From: Malacoraja senta
Taxonomy: Eukaryota
Assembly (NCBI GenBank): GCA_038087875.1
Contig: CM075992.1
Location: 4,900,001-4,964,000 of the forward strand
DNA: 64,000 nucleotides
Direction: 5' to 3'
Under the pieces are notes generated by a model. It made no database searches. It was not told the origin of the DNA and worked only from the letters and a program-made list of their open reading frames with translations. Made by a program: the position numbers and the translations under genes. Positions within the stretch are counted from its first letter, which is position 1, and each line of letters opens with the position of its first letter. This document shows, piece by piece, positions 13,767 through 24,930 of this stretch.

Positions 13767-13920
13767 CCAATGCTGACGCCAAGCGGGTGACCGGGGCTTT
13801 CCGCGTCGTCGTGCGGAAACCAAGTCCATATATGGGCATATCGGAATGAGTGTGACGTCAGAGCGGCTGGCTTTCCGGGAACCCCCGCCTACGTGTTGAT
13901 CCAGAGCAGCTGGAGTTTCC
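13767..13920. promoter_or_regulatory. Immediate-early-type enhancer module (CRE, NF-kB, Ets, CArG, CRE, STAT/kB)
   Basis: CCAAT 13767; TGACGCCA 13774-81; GGGGCTTTCC 13793-802; CGGAAA 13814-19; CCATATATGG 13826-35; TGACGTCA 13853-60; TTCCGGGAA 13873-81 overlapping GGGAACCCCC 13877-86; TACGTG 13890-95. CpG-rich unique DNA. Confidence 0.75.
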
Positions 13921-15444
13921 AAACTGGCGTACAAAGCGCGTAGAGAAGGAATTTTAAAAAAACTCCAATTTGCAAATAGATCTATTTTTATAAAGCGACG
14001 CTTTCAAGAAAAGACGAAATTAGGCCCTAAAATAACATTTTGTTCAAAGGTCTGACTGCAAAAACATCCATCTTCCCAGCAGGACCTGATGAACGTTTCA
14101 CAGGCCAACACAGATAAATGGTTACAGCTCCCTTTGCCCTATGACTAACTCGCAACAGTTCTAACAGCTTGATGAACCTAGGGTTGCAATGAAAATCCAC
14201 GTTTAAAATATTGAATAGAGTATTAAACTTCATGGACACAGGATAGAACAACATTCAGGATAGAACAACATTGTCATCTGACAGGAATAAGGAATAATGT
14301 ACAAAAATAATGCAAGACCTCATTGTCCTTGTGAAATAGGCTTTCGGTATTTTAGTTTAGTTTCTTGTCACGTGTACCAAGGTACAGTGAAAAGCTTTAG
14401 TTGCGTGCTATCCAGTCAGCAGAAAGACGATATATGAATACAATCGAGCCATTACAGTGTATAGATACATGATAAGGGAATAATATTTAGGTTTTTTTAA
14501 ATTTCAAAATAGACTTTATTCAAGTAATAAATCTGAAGGGTGTGTTTTAATACTTATTTAATACTTAATATTTAAGTATTAAATAAGTATTAAATATTTA
14601 ATACTTTTGCCTTGGCAGTGAAATAGATACAGGAAGTACACAGAATTACACGGCTTGACATCTGTGAAGTTTTGGATGAAGCTTCAATATGCAGTTCCAG
14701 TTTTGACTGTATTTGATTCGACTATTTCTGTGTAGTTGCAGCTATGAGGCATGACATAATTTATGTTATGATGATGTCAGAGGAAAGTGACACAAATCAT
14801 GAGATGAGCTAATTTGGATAATTTTATTGTGTGTTTGTACACACGTATAATAAGTCCACCATTTTCTTCTGTAAAGGCAATGCCTTTTACAAAGCGGTTA
14901 CCAGTTCAGTGAATTGAAATGGAGTTTGTACTTTATGTAGTTCTTCATGTCTGTGACACTGATCAGTGTGTATATAGGTTAATTGACCTCTGTAAAATTG
15001 CCCATAGTGTGTTAGGGAAAGTGGGATAACATGGAAATAGTGTGAAGGGGTGATCTATGTTTGGTGGGGGCCAAAGGGCCTGTTTCCATTGAAGATAGAC
15101 ACAAAATGCTTGAGTAACTCAGCGGGTCAGGCAGCATCTCTAGAGAAAAGGAATAGGTGATGTTTCGGCGCAAGACAATTTCTTCAGACGTCACCTATTC
15201 CTTTTCTCCAGTGATGCTGCCTGACCCGCTGAGTTACTCCAGCATTTTGTGTCTATCTTCAGTGTAAACAAGTTGCAGTTCCTTCCTACATGGGCCTGTT
15301 TCCATGCTATATATCTAAAACCAAAGCTAACACTTTATACGCCCCATGTCTATTGTCAGACACCGATCATTTTCAATAAAGGGAGAGATGATTCCAAAGC
15401 TCTCTGCCTTTAGGCAGTTTCCATAAGGAGTAGCTGATATGTCG

Positions 15445-16062
15445 GCATATCCCCTACAACTCTCACAAACCTCTACAGATGCACCATAGAAAGCATTTTA
15501 ACAGGATGCATCGCAGCTTGGCTTGGGAACATCTCCATCCAAGACCGCAAGAAATTGCAGCAAATTGTGGACGCAGCCCAGACCATGACACAAACCAACC
15601 TATTGACTCCATTTATACCTCACACTGCCTCGGCAAGGCCAGCAGCATAATTAAGGACGAGTCGCACCCTGGCCACTCCCTCTTCTTCAATCTCCCATCA
15701 AGCAAAAGGTATAGAGGTGTGAACAAGCACATTTCCAGACTCAGGGACAGTTTCTTGCCAGTTGTTATCAGGCAACTGGATCATCCTACCACAACCAGAG
15801 AGCAGTGCTGAACTACTATCTACCTCTTTGGTGACCCTTGGACTATCCTTGTTTAAGAAAGAACTGCAGATGCTGGAACTTGGACTATCCTTGATCAGAC
15901 TTTGCTGGCTTTACCCTGCACTAAACGTTATCCCCTCATCTTTTATCTAAACACTGTAAATGGCTCGATTGTAATCATGTATTGTCTTTCTGATGACTGG
16001 ATGGCATGCAACAAAAGCTTTTCAATGTACCACGGTACACGTGACAATAAACTAAACTGAAC
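15445..16062 (+). mobile_element. Rex1-like LINE 3' fragment (related minus-strand copy at about 33304-33740)
   Basis: SIYTSHCLGKASSIIKDESHPGHSLF..LPS.KRY; ends GACAATAAACTAAACTGAAC. Confidence 0.75.
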
Positions 16063-16541
16063 TATGGAAATTGACCAAACATAGGTATGAGTAATGCATA
16101 AAGAGACCCTAAGCAAAGAAAAAAGTGCCGGAGGAACTCAGTGGGTCAGGCAGACTTGAAAAAGGGACCCAACCCAAAACACCGCCTGTACATTCTATCC
16201 TCTGAGTTTCTCCAGCACTTTGGGTAGTGGACAAGATTCAAGCATTTCCAGTCTCTTGGATCACTATAATGTGCTCAGTGGTCTTCTTTGAGTCCTGCTT
16301 CCACCATGAACACCTCAAATCTGTTGTTCAAATCCCTCTACAGCTTTGTCCCTCCCCATCAATAAACACCCCCTCCCAATCCAAAGCTCTTTTTGTAATT
16401 AATGTTGCATTCATCTTTTTGATTTTAGAATAGGAATTTCCTTGCTTTCTTAAAACTTCTTTAAACAGTCACTTCCACCAAGCATTGGGGCATCTGACTG
16501 AATGCCATCTTCTTTGACAATGTGCCGTAGCATTCTAGTAA

Positions 16542-16794
16542 GCAAAATGTGTGAGAAAGAACTGCAGATGCTGGATAAAATCAAAGGGAGACACAAAATG
16601 CTGGAGAAACTCAGCGGGTGCGGCAGCGTTTTGGAATGAATGGGTGGAATTGGTGACGTTTCGGGTCGAGACCCTTCTTCAGACTGATTCTTCAGTCTGA
16701 TCAGTCTGAAGAAAGGTCTCGACCCGAAACGTCACCCATTATTTCTCTCCATAGATGCTGCCTCACCCGCTGAGTATCTCCAGCATTTTGTGTC
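16542..16794. mobile_element. Fold-back Penelope-derived short element with two opposed hammerhead-like motifs
   Basis: Inverted copies meet near 16690; flanking duplication TAGCATTCTAGTAA at 16528-41 and 16795-808. Confidence 0.8.
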
Positions 16795-17716
16795 TAGCAT
16801 TCTAGTAAAGTCTGAAGAAGGGTCTAGACACGAAACGTCACTTTTTTTTTCCTCCAGAAATGCTGTCTGACCCGCTGAGTTACTCCAGCTTTTGTGTGAT
16901 CATTCCTATAAAGCATCTTTATATATTTGACAGTGTATAAGGCGAAAGAAAATGGGCACTGCAAATTGCCCCTTAAGTGTGGATGAGTGGTAGAAACTGG
17001 GTGAGTGATGGGATAGTGAAGGAGAATTGGTTTAAAGCAATGTTGATGGGCAGCACAGAGTAGATGGGCTGAAGGGCCTGTTACTATGCTTGTATACACC
17101 TGTGGCTCTATAAAAAGACTGGTTTGAGCCGTGACTAAAATCTGAGGAAAGACGTAGGCAAGTTTATTGCACCATATTATCTGCAAAAATGTTTCAACAG
17201 CAGGGTTCAGGAGAGGGCCTGAAGAAAGGTCCTGACCCGAAACGTCACCTACTCATGTTCTCCAATTATGCTGCCTGACCCGCTGAGTTACTCCAGCATT
17301 TTGTGTCTTTCCTTGGTAAACCAGCATCTGCGTTTCCTCCTTTCTACAAATGTTGTTGCGATTAGTGTTTATACAATGCTATTTTCACACTGAAGAGAAC
17401 TGGCGAGGTTTACCGAAAACAGATTGCATCTCTGATATGCAACGTCTATCCTTGCAGTAATAATGACCCAAATCCAGCAACTAACCCAAGTTCTGGTAAA
17501 TTTAGAAGCGGGTTACGTAGCTGTGAATCTCAAATATAACTCCAGTCCATTAGATAATGTAAAACACTGCCCCTTCCACAGACTCCACCATCAATAATCC
17601 CCAAACAAACATTATTATGTGTCGGAAAGAACTGCAGGTGCTGGTTTAAATCGAAGGTAGACACAAAAAGCTGGAGTAACTCAGCGGGACAGGCAGCATT
17701 TCTGGAGAGAAGGAGT

Positions 17717-17750
17717 GGGTGACGTTTCGGGTCGAGACCCTTCTTCAGAC
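17717..17750 (-). ncRNA. Minimal type-I hammerhead ribozyme-like motif (representative consensus copy) in a Penelope terminal unit
   Basis: Minus strand reads GU-CUGAAGA-A-GGGUC-UC-GACCC-GAAAC-GUC-ACCC: core CUGANGA, 5-bp stem II, GAAA, palindromic minimal helix III and GUC triplet. Confidence 0.6.
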
Positions 17751-17960
17751 AGATTTTAAATTTATTTATCCTTAAAAGATGTATTGAAATAAAGATATTG
17801 GACAACTGTACCAAAAAATGTAGCGTCTCATAAATACATGAAATACAACAACTCATAAAAACATTCATTTCTCTTACCAGTCCTCCTACAGTTTTTAGAT
17901 GACTCTGACCACAAATGTCACCATAATTTCTCACTGCATCTCTTAAATAGAGTGTAATAA

Positions 17961-18738
17961 AGGGCCTGTCCCACTTTCATGACTTAATTCAAAACCTCTG
18001 CCGAGTTTAAAGGACCTAAAAAAAAAAATCAAGATCGTGATGATCTACGAACTCCTACGACCTTCCACGACTATGTTCAAGAACTCCTACGAACTCCTAC
18101 GAGTATGTCTACGAATTCCCACGACTATTTCGATGCCCTCCTTAAGCCCCTGTCCCACTGTATGAGGTAATTCACGAGTTCTCCCGAGTTTTCCCCTGAT
18201 TTGAACTCGGAGAATGCCCGTAGGAGTTCGTGGATGTCTCGTAGCGGCTCGTACGAGTAACGGTAGGTAATCGGGACATCCGGTGAACTCGTGACGTTTT
18301 TTCATCCCTGTAAAAAATGTCCAAGTGTAAAAAAATACTCGTGATGAAAAAAATGGTTACTTTTTACTCGTAGTTGACCATTACGAGCCGCTACGAGACA
18401 TCCACGAACTCCTACGGACCCACTACGGATCCGAGTTCGAATCAGGGGAAAACTCGGGAGAACTCGTGAATTACCTCGTACAGTGGCACAGGGGCTTTAC
18501 GAGTAAAAAGTTGCAATTTCCTTCATCCCGACCATTTTTTTACTCGTGGACATTTTTTATCAGGCTGGAAAAAACGTCCCGACTTACCTGATGCCACGAG
18601 TACCTACGGCTAGCATAACGAGCCGCTACGATATATCTACGAACTCCTACGGACTCGTTACGAACATTCTGCGAGTTTGAATCAAGGGGAAAACTCGGGA
18701 GAATTCGTGAATTACCTCCTGAAAGTGGGACAGGCCCT
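17961..18738. mobile_element. PIF/Harbinger-type MITE containing a nested related MITE (18145-18496)
   Basis: Outer TIR AGGGCCTGTCCCACTTTCA with TAA/TTA flanks; inner TIR AGCCCCTGTCCCACTG with TTA/TTA TSD; many CTACGA subterminal repeats. Confidence 0.85.
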
Positions 18739-21700
18739 TTACAAAGCTGAGTGCATGCAAACCTCCTTTGTATATTCTTCACAAATCCACAAGGCAATGG
18801 CAACTTTTCAAAAGATTCTGGCTTCTGAATATATTCATTTATTTTAATAAAGATAGATTGACAATGCCTACTTTGGCCCTTAATGGTTAGCACTTTATAT
18901 TTTGAAGCAGACTTATAAAGCATTAACAAGGTGGCAAATCTTAACTGGTTCAATGGATTGCGTAGATAAACACAAAAAGCTGGAGCAGCGGGACAGGCAG
19001 CATCTCTGGAGAGGAGGAATGGGTGATGTTTCGGGTCGAGACCCTTCTTCAGACTATCTTCGGTTTAAACCAGCATCTGCAGTTCCTTCCTACACAGTTA
19101 CAACGTCCAAAGTCCTCAACGAGGGAGAGGTGAATCAGACAGTACCCTAGCTTATGGAAGGACCGTTCAGAAGTCTGATAAGTGGGGAAGAAGCTGTTCC
19201 TGAGTCTGGTGATGCACACTTTCAAAAGAGTTAAGGTGTTTGAAATTCTTGCAGGCATTGGTGACGGTCCCGTCTCTGTCAGAACATTGTGGGGTTGACT
19301 CCTGCTCCAGACAAAACCCTTCTTCAGACTAGGACATCTTGCCGACTGATTGATATTAGTCACGCTCTTGTGATATATGGAATTTATATATTGGTCCTTA
19401 ATTCCTTCTATGGTTGATGATTTGGCTTGTTTTTCTGAGTCCATGTGCCTGTGATGCTGCTCCAAGCAAGATTTTAATTGTATAGGAAGGAACTGCAGAT
19501 GCTGGTTTACCTGTACCTCACCCTAGTTGTGCATTTGGTAATAACCTCAACTTGACTTGCGTTCGAGTCATAGAGTGATACACCGTGGAAACAGGCCCAT
19601 TGGCCCAACTTGCCCACACCGGCCAACACGTCCCGGCTATACTAGTCACACCTGCCCGCATTTGGTCCATATCCCTCCAAACCTGCCTTATCCATGTACC
19701 TTTCTGACTGTTTCTTAAACATTGGGATAGTCCCAGCCTCAACTACCTCCGTTGGCAGCTTGTTCCATACACCCACCACCCTTTGTGTGAGAAAGTAACC
19801 CCTCAGATTCCTATTAAATATTTTCCCCGTCGCCTTGAACCTATGTCCTCTGGTCCTCGATTCACCTACTCTGGGCAAGAGACCCGATCTATTCCTCTCA
19901 TGATTTTATACACCTCTACAAGATCACCTTTATAAGTCTATATAAGACGACTTGGGTAGAGGGGATTAAAAAGCTCCTGATTATTCATTTCATTGACTTT
20001 GAATAAAAGATCGAGTGAAAGTTAGCAACAAGCAACAAAAGCTCTCACGCTAAGACTTGCATGCCAGACACCAGATCGTTTTCATTGATAGATATCTCTT
20101 ACTGAAGATGTGCTACCTTACAGTAAAGTATCATCGGGTATCAGGGTTGATCTACCAATGGTTGTAAAGGGGTATTGAACTTGTGGAATAAACTGTTGCA
20201 AAAATGTTGATGTCTGATAGTTTCGGCTTCCTGGTAATTTTTGTTTGTAAGCTAAACGCTGACAATGCACTTTATCTGCAAAAAAATGTGTGGTCATAAA
20301 AATCCCGGCACCTTTACCTAATGAGAGATTTATTTCTGTGTGTTTGTTCGTTAAATGCTGTTTGCTTGCTTTGCAAATTAATTAGCACTATCTTTGTCAG
20401 CAGGGATTTTAAAACAACTGAATTAGGTAATTCGGCCCATCGAGTCTACTCCGCCATTCAATCGTGGCTGATCTCTGCCTCCTAATCCAATTTTCCTGCC
20501 TTCTCCCCATAACCCTTGACACCATTATAAGAATTTGTCTATCTCTGCCTGAAAAATATCCACTGACTTGGCCTCCACAGCCCTCTGTGGCAATGAGTTC
20601 CACAGATTAACTACCCTCTGACTAAATAAGTTCCTCCTCACCTCCTTTCTAAAAGAACGCCCTATAATTCTGAGGCTGTGACACCTGGTCTTTGATTCTC
20701 CCACCAGTGAAAACATCCTTTCCACATCCACTCTATGCCTTTCATTATTCTATGTTTCAATGAGGTCTGCCCTCATCGACCTGAGAATAAGGGGTAGGCC
20801 ATTTAGGACTGAGATGAGGAAAAACGTTTTCAGCCAGAGAGTTGTGAATCTGTGGAATTCTCTGCCACAGAAGGCAGTAGAGGCCAATTCACTGGATGTA
20901 TTCACGAGAGTTAGATATAGCTCTTAGGGCTAATGGCTATGTTTCTATGTTTCTACTTGAAAATGCAAGGAACTACAGATGCTCGAATCTTGATTGAACA
21001 CAAAGTGCTGGAGTAACTCAGTGGGTCAGGCAGCATCACTGGAGAACATGGATTGGTGACGTTTAGGGTGATGTTTATGTCATACTTAGCAATAATAGAA
21101 ATTATTGCCCGACCCACAGTTCCTTGTGCCTGTAATACTTTATTTCAAAAGAGTTGAAAAAAATTGGCTAATCACATTTAGATGCAGTATCCAAGACCAC
21201 TATGATTTACTGAAGAAGCAAAACATCACCCATTCTTTGTCTCCAGAGATGCTGCCTGGTCCACTAAGTTACTCCAGCATTTTGTTTCTATCTATGATTA
21301 CCAATATATTGATTGATTGATTGATTGATTGAAAGATACAACATGGAAACAGGCCCTTCGGCCCATCAAGTCCATGCCGACTGTCATTCACCCATTCACA
21401 TTAGTTCTATGTTACCCCACTCTCACATCCACTCCCTACACATTAAGGGGCAATTACTCTGCAAGCACGCGTGTCTTTGGGTTGTGGGAGGAAACCGGAG
21501 CACCCGAAAGAAAACCCACACGGTCACAGGGAGAACGTGAAAAATACACACAGACAGCACCCGAGGTCAGGATCGAACCTGGGTCTCTGGCGCTGTGAGG
21601 CAGCAACTCTACCGCTGCGCCACCATGCCATCCTAATGAATCAATGCCATTGTAGTGTAATTGATAATGATTTGAGGAGTCATAGAGTGATACAATGTGG

Positions 21701-22920
21701 AAACAGGCCCTTCAGCCCAACTTGCCCACACCGGCCAACATGTCCCAGCTACACTAGTCCCACCTGCCAGCATTTGGTCCATATCCCTCCAAACCTGTCC
21801 TATCCATGTAATTTAGAGAGGATTTTTAAAGATGGGAGAATTAAATAAATAAATGATAAATTTATGATGGGGGGGGGGGATTAATTAATTAAATAAATGA
21901 TAGATTAATGATGGGAGAATTAATTAAATAAATAAATGGTAAATTAATGATGGGAGAATTAAATAAATAAAATCAATAAATAAAATATAGTCTGAAGGGT
22001 CTCGACCGGAAACGTCACCTATTATTCCTAATCTCCAGAGATGCCGCCTGTCCCGCTAAATTACTCCAGCATTTTGTGTACATTTTGAGAATATAACGAT
22101 TTGGGGAGAGGCGTGCTGATTTTTATTTTTTAAGTGACATTATACCCCCGAGCCTCTCTCCCACCCGCCAGCCCACCATCCGCCTTCCTTCAGAAGGCTT
22201 GGTGCGTTATTGCAAGGACCATAGGTCACATTGATCACAGGTACCTGTGCGGCATGATGACAGCCTGTACATCCCCTCCCCTCCTGCAGCCCTTTCCACC
22301 CACTGCGCCTTTTACCCAGGTTGGCGTTTACAGTGACGTCCGAGCCCGCTGCCAGCGCGTCTGAAGTGAAGGTTGCAGTGTTCGCATCCTTGCGTGCGTC
22401 AAAGTGACTGTGGGGGAGGTGTTTCAATGATTTAATCGATTCCATCTCACCCCCCCCTCTCCCCTCCCCTCCCCCGACACACAACCGCCAGAAGGACCTG
22501 TGACATCAACGAAAACACACAGTCGATTAACATCACTATCTTAATCCGTGCAATAAATTCACCATCGTGCAATATAGATACCCATCCTGTGTCTAACTAA
22601 CTCCCTTCACCATGTTAACCACTGTCTCTCTGCAAAGTCTGCCGCATCTAATTCACCACCCCCCCCCTCCCCCTCCCCCTCCCCCCTTTCAGATTTCCCT
22701 CAAGGTGGTAAAATTATATTAATAATAACATTCCTTGGATATCACAACCAAATCCTATTAAGCCCTATAGGATTATTCAATATCCCATTGAAGTTCAGGA
22801 ACAGCTTCTTCCCTACAGCCATCGGGCTATTAAACACTACAGCCTTCAATAAGCCCTGAAGTACAAAGACTTAGGGGGCATTGGTTTTGTGTTTATGCCC
22901 TATTATTGTTTGTTTATTTA

Positions 22921-23128
22921 CGTGTGTGTATGTGTTGCGTGTGTATGTGTTGCGTGTGTATACGTTGTGTGTGTGTATTGTGTGTGTGTATGTGTTGCGT
23001 GTGTGTATGTGTTGCGTGTGTGTATGTGTTGCGTGTATGTGTTGTGTGTGTGTATGTGTTGTGTGTGTGTTGTGTGTGTATGTTGTGTGTGTGTGTATGT
23101 GTTGTGTGTGTGTGTATGTGCGTGTGTA
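22921..23128 (+). repeat. Degenerate (GT)n-type microsatellite
   Basis: TGTGTATGTGTTGCG-like units. Confidence 0.95.
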
Positions 23129-23539
23129 TATATAAGATAAACACAAAATGCTGGAGTAACTCAGCAGGACAGGCAGCATCTCTGGAGAGAAGGAATGGGT
23201 GATGTTTCGGGTCGAGACCCTTCTTCAGACTCTAAATATATATGTATAAACACATCCTTGTTTTCCCCCATCGCCTTCCACCTATATCCCTCCTGCTGGC
23301 TTTACATTCTACTCATCTTCTCTCCATATCTGCCACCCTTTCATCTCCTGTTCACCTCTAGCCTCTCACTTACTCCACAAATCTGCCAATCCATTTTCCC
23401 TCCCACACCTGTATCCACCTATCACTTGCCGGGTCTTGTCCCACCCTACCGCTTTTCCAGCTACCCCCATCCCTCCACCCTTTCCGCCACACAATCAATC
23501 TGAGGAAGGGCCCCGACACGAAACGTCACCTATTCATTC

Positions 23540-24930
23540 CATACACTCCATCATCAAGTTCGCTGATGACACCACTGTTGTGGGACATATCGCTGATGGA
23601 GATGAGTCAGAGTATAGAAGTGAGATTGACCAACTGACCAAATGGTGCCAGCACAATAACCTGGCCCTCAACCCCAGCAAAACCAAGGAACTGATTGTGG
23701 ACTTTGGAAGGGGTAGGATGGGGACCCACAGTCCTGTTTATATCAACAGGTCGATGGTGAAAAGGGTCAAGAGCTTCAAATTCCTGGGCGTGCATATTTC
23801 CGAAGATCTTTCCTGGTCCCAGAAAACTGATGCAATTATAAAGAAAGCACATCAGCGCCTCTACTTGCTGAGAAGATTAAGGAGAGTTGGTATGTCGAGG
23901 AGGACTCTCTCGAACTTCCACAGGTGCACAGTAGAGGGCATGCTGACAATACAATACAATACAATACCATTTATTGTCATTTGAACCTCAAATTAAATTT
24001 GGTTTCTGCAGTCATAATACAAGAAAAGAACCAAGACACACAGCCAACACAATTTACACAAACATCCATCACAGTGAATCTCCTCCTCACTGTGATGGAA
24101 GGCAAAGTCTTGTCTCTCCCCTGCTCTCCATTCTTCTCCCGATGTCAAAGCCCCCGGCGGGCGATGGTAAGTCCCGCGGCCATTAAGGCCGCGCCAGGCG
24201 ATGTAAGGCCCCGCTCCGGGTCTTGATGTTGGCGCCCCCGGCGGGTGCTGGCAAGACCCGCGGCCATTTAAGCCACGCCGGGCGATGTAAGGCCCCGCTC
24301 TGGGTCGCCTTCAACCCCGCAACTCGGGCGGGAGAAGTTGCCGTTGCGGGAGCTCCTAAAAGCGGTCTCCCACCAGGGACCCGCGAGCTCCCGAAGTTCC
24401 TGTCCACCGGACCTGCGGCTGGAGCCTCCGAAGCTCCGGAGTCGGGTCGCAGCCGCGCGCCACCACAGCTCTCCACGCTCTGAAGACCAGTTGCATCGTG
24501 GCTTGGTTCGGCAACTTGTGCGCCCAGGAGCGGAAAAGACTGCAAAAAGTTGTAAACACTGCCCAGTCCATCATCAGCTCTGACCTCCCTACCATCGAGG
24601 GGATCTATCGCAGTCGCTGCCACAAAAAGGCTGGCAGCATCATCAAGGACCCACACCAACCTGGCCACACACTCATCTCTCCGCTGCCGTCAGGTAGAAG
24701 GTACAGGAGCCTGAAATCTGCAACATCCAGGTTCAGGAACAGCTACTTGCCCACAGCCATCATACTATTAAAAACTCAACTGAAACAAAAATCTGAACTT
24801 TAATAGCCTATTGCACTTTATCTGCTTATTTATGTGTGTATATATATATATATATATATTCAATGGTATATGGACACACTGACCTGTTCTGCGTTTATTT
24901 ATGCCTACAATATTCTGTTGTGCTGAAACA
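23540..24930 (+). mobile_element. Rex1/Babar LINE fragment interrupted by an opposite-orientation insert (about 23948-24488)
   Basis: IIKFADDTTVVG...WCQHNNLALN.SKTKELIVDF resumes as AWFGN...PSGRRYRSL. The insert begins with a (CAATA)n tail. Confidence 0.85.

Noticed and set aside
13982..13991. MEF2 site CTATTTTTAT beside the enhancer module
   Set aside because: The last base violates the YTAWWWWTAR consensus and the AT-rich context makes a chance match likely.
22871..23202. Cys/Val- and His/Thr-rich ORFs
   Set aside because: Translations of a (GT)n microsatellite.
24140..24488. CpG island and overlapping ORFs
   Set aside because: Lies within a retroelement-derived insert that splits a Rex1 fragment.
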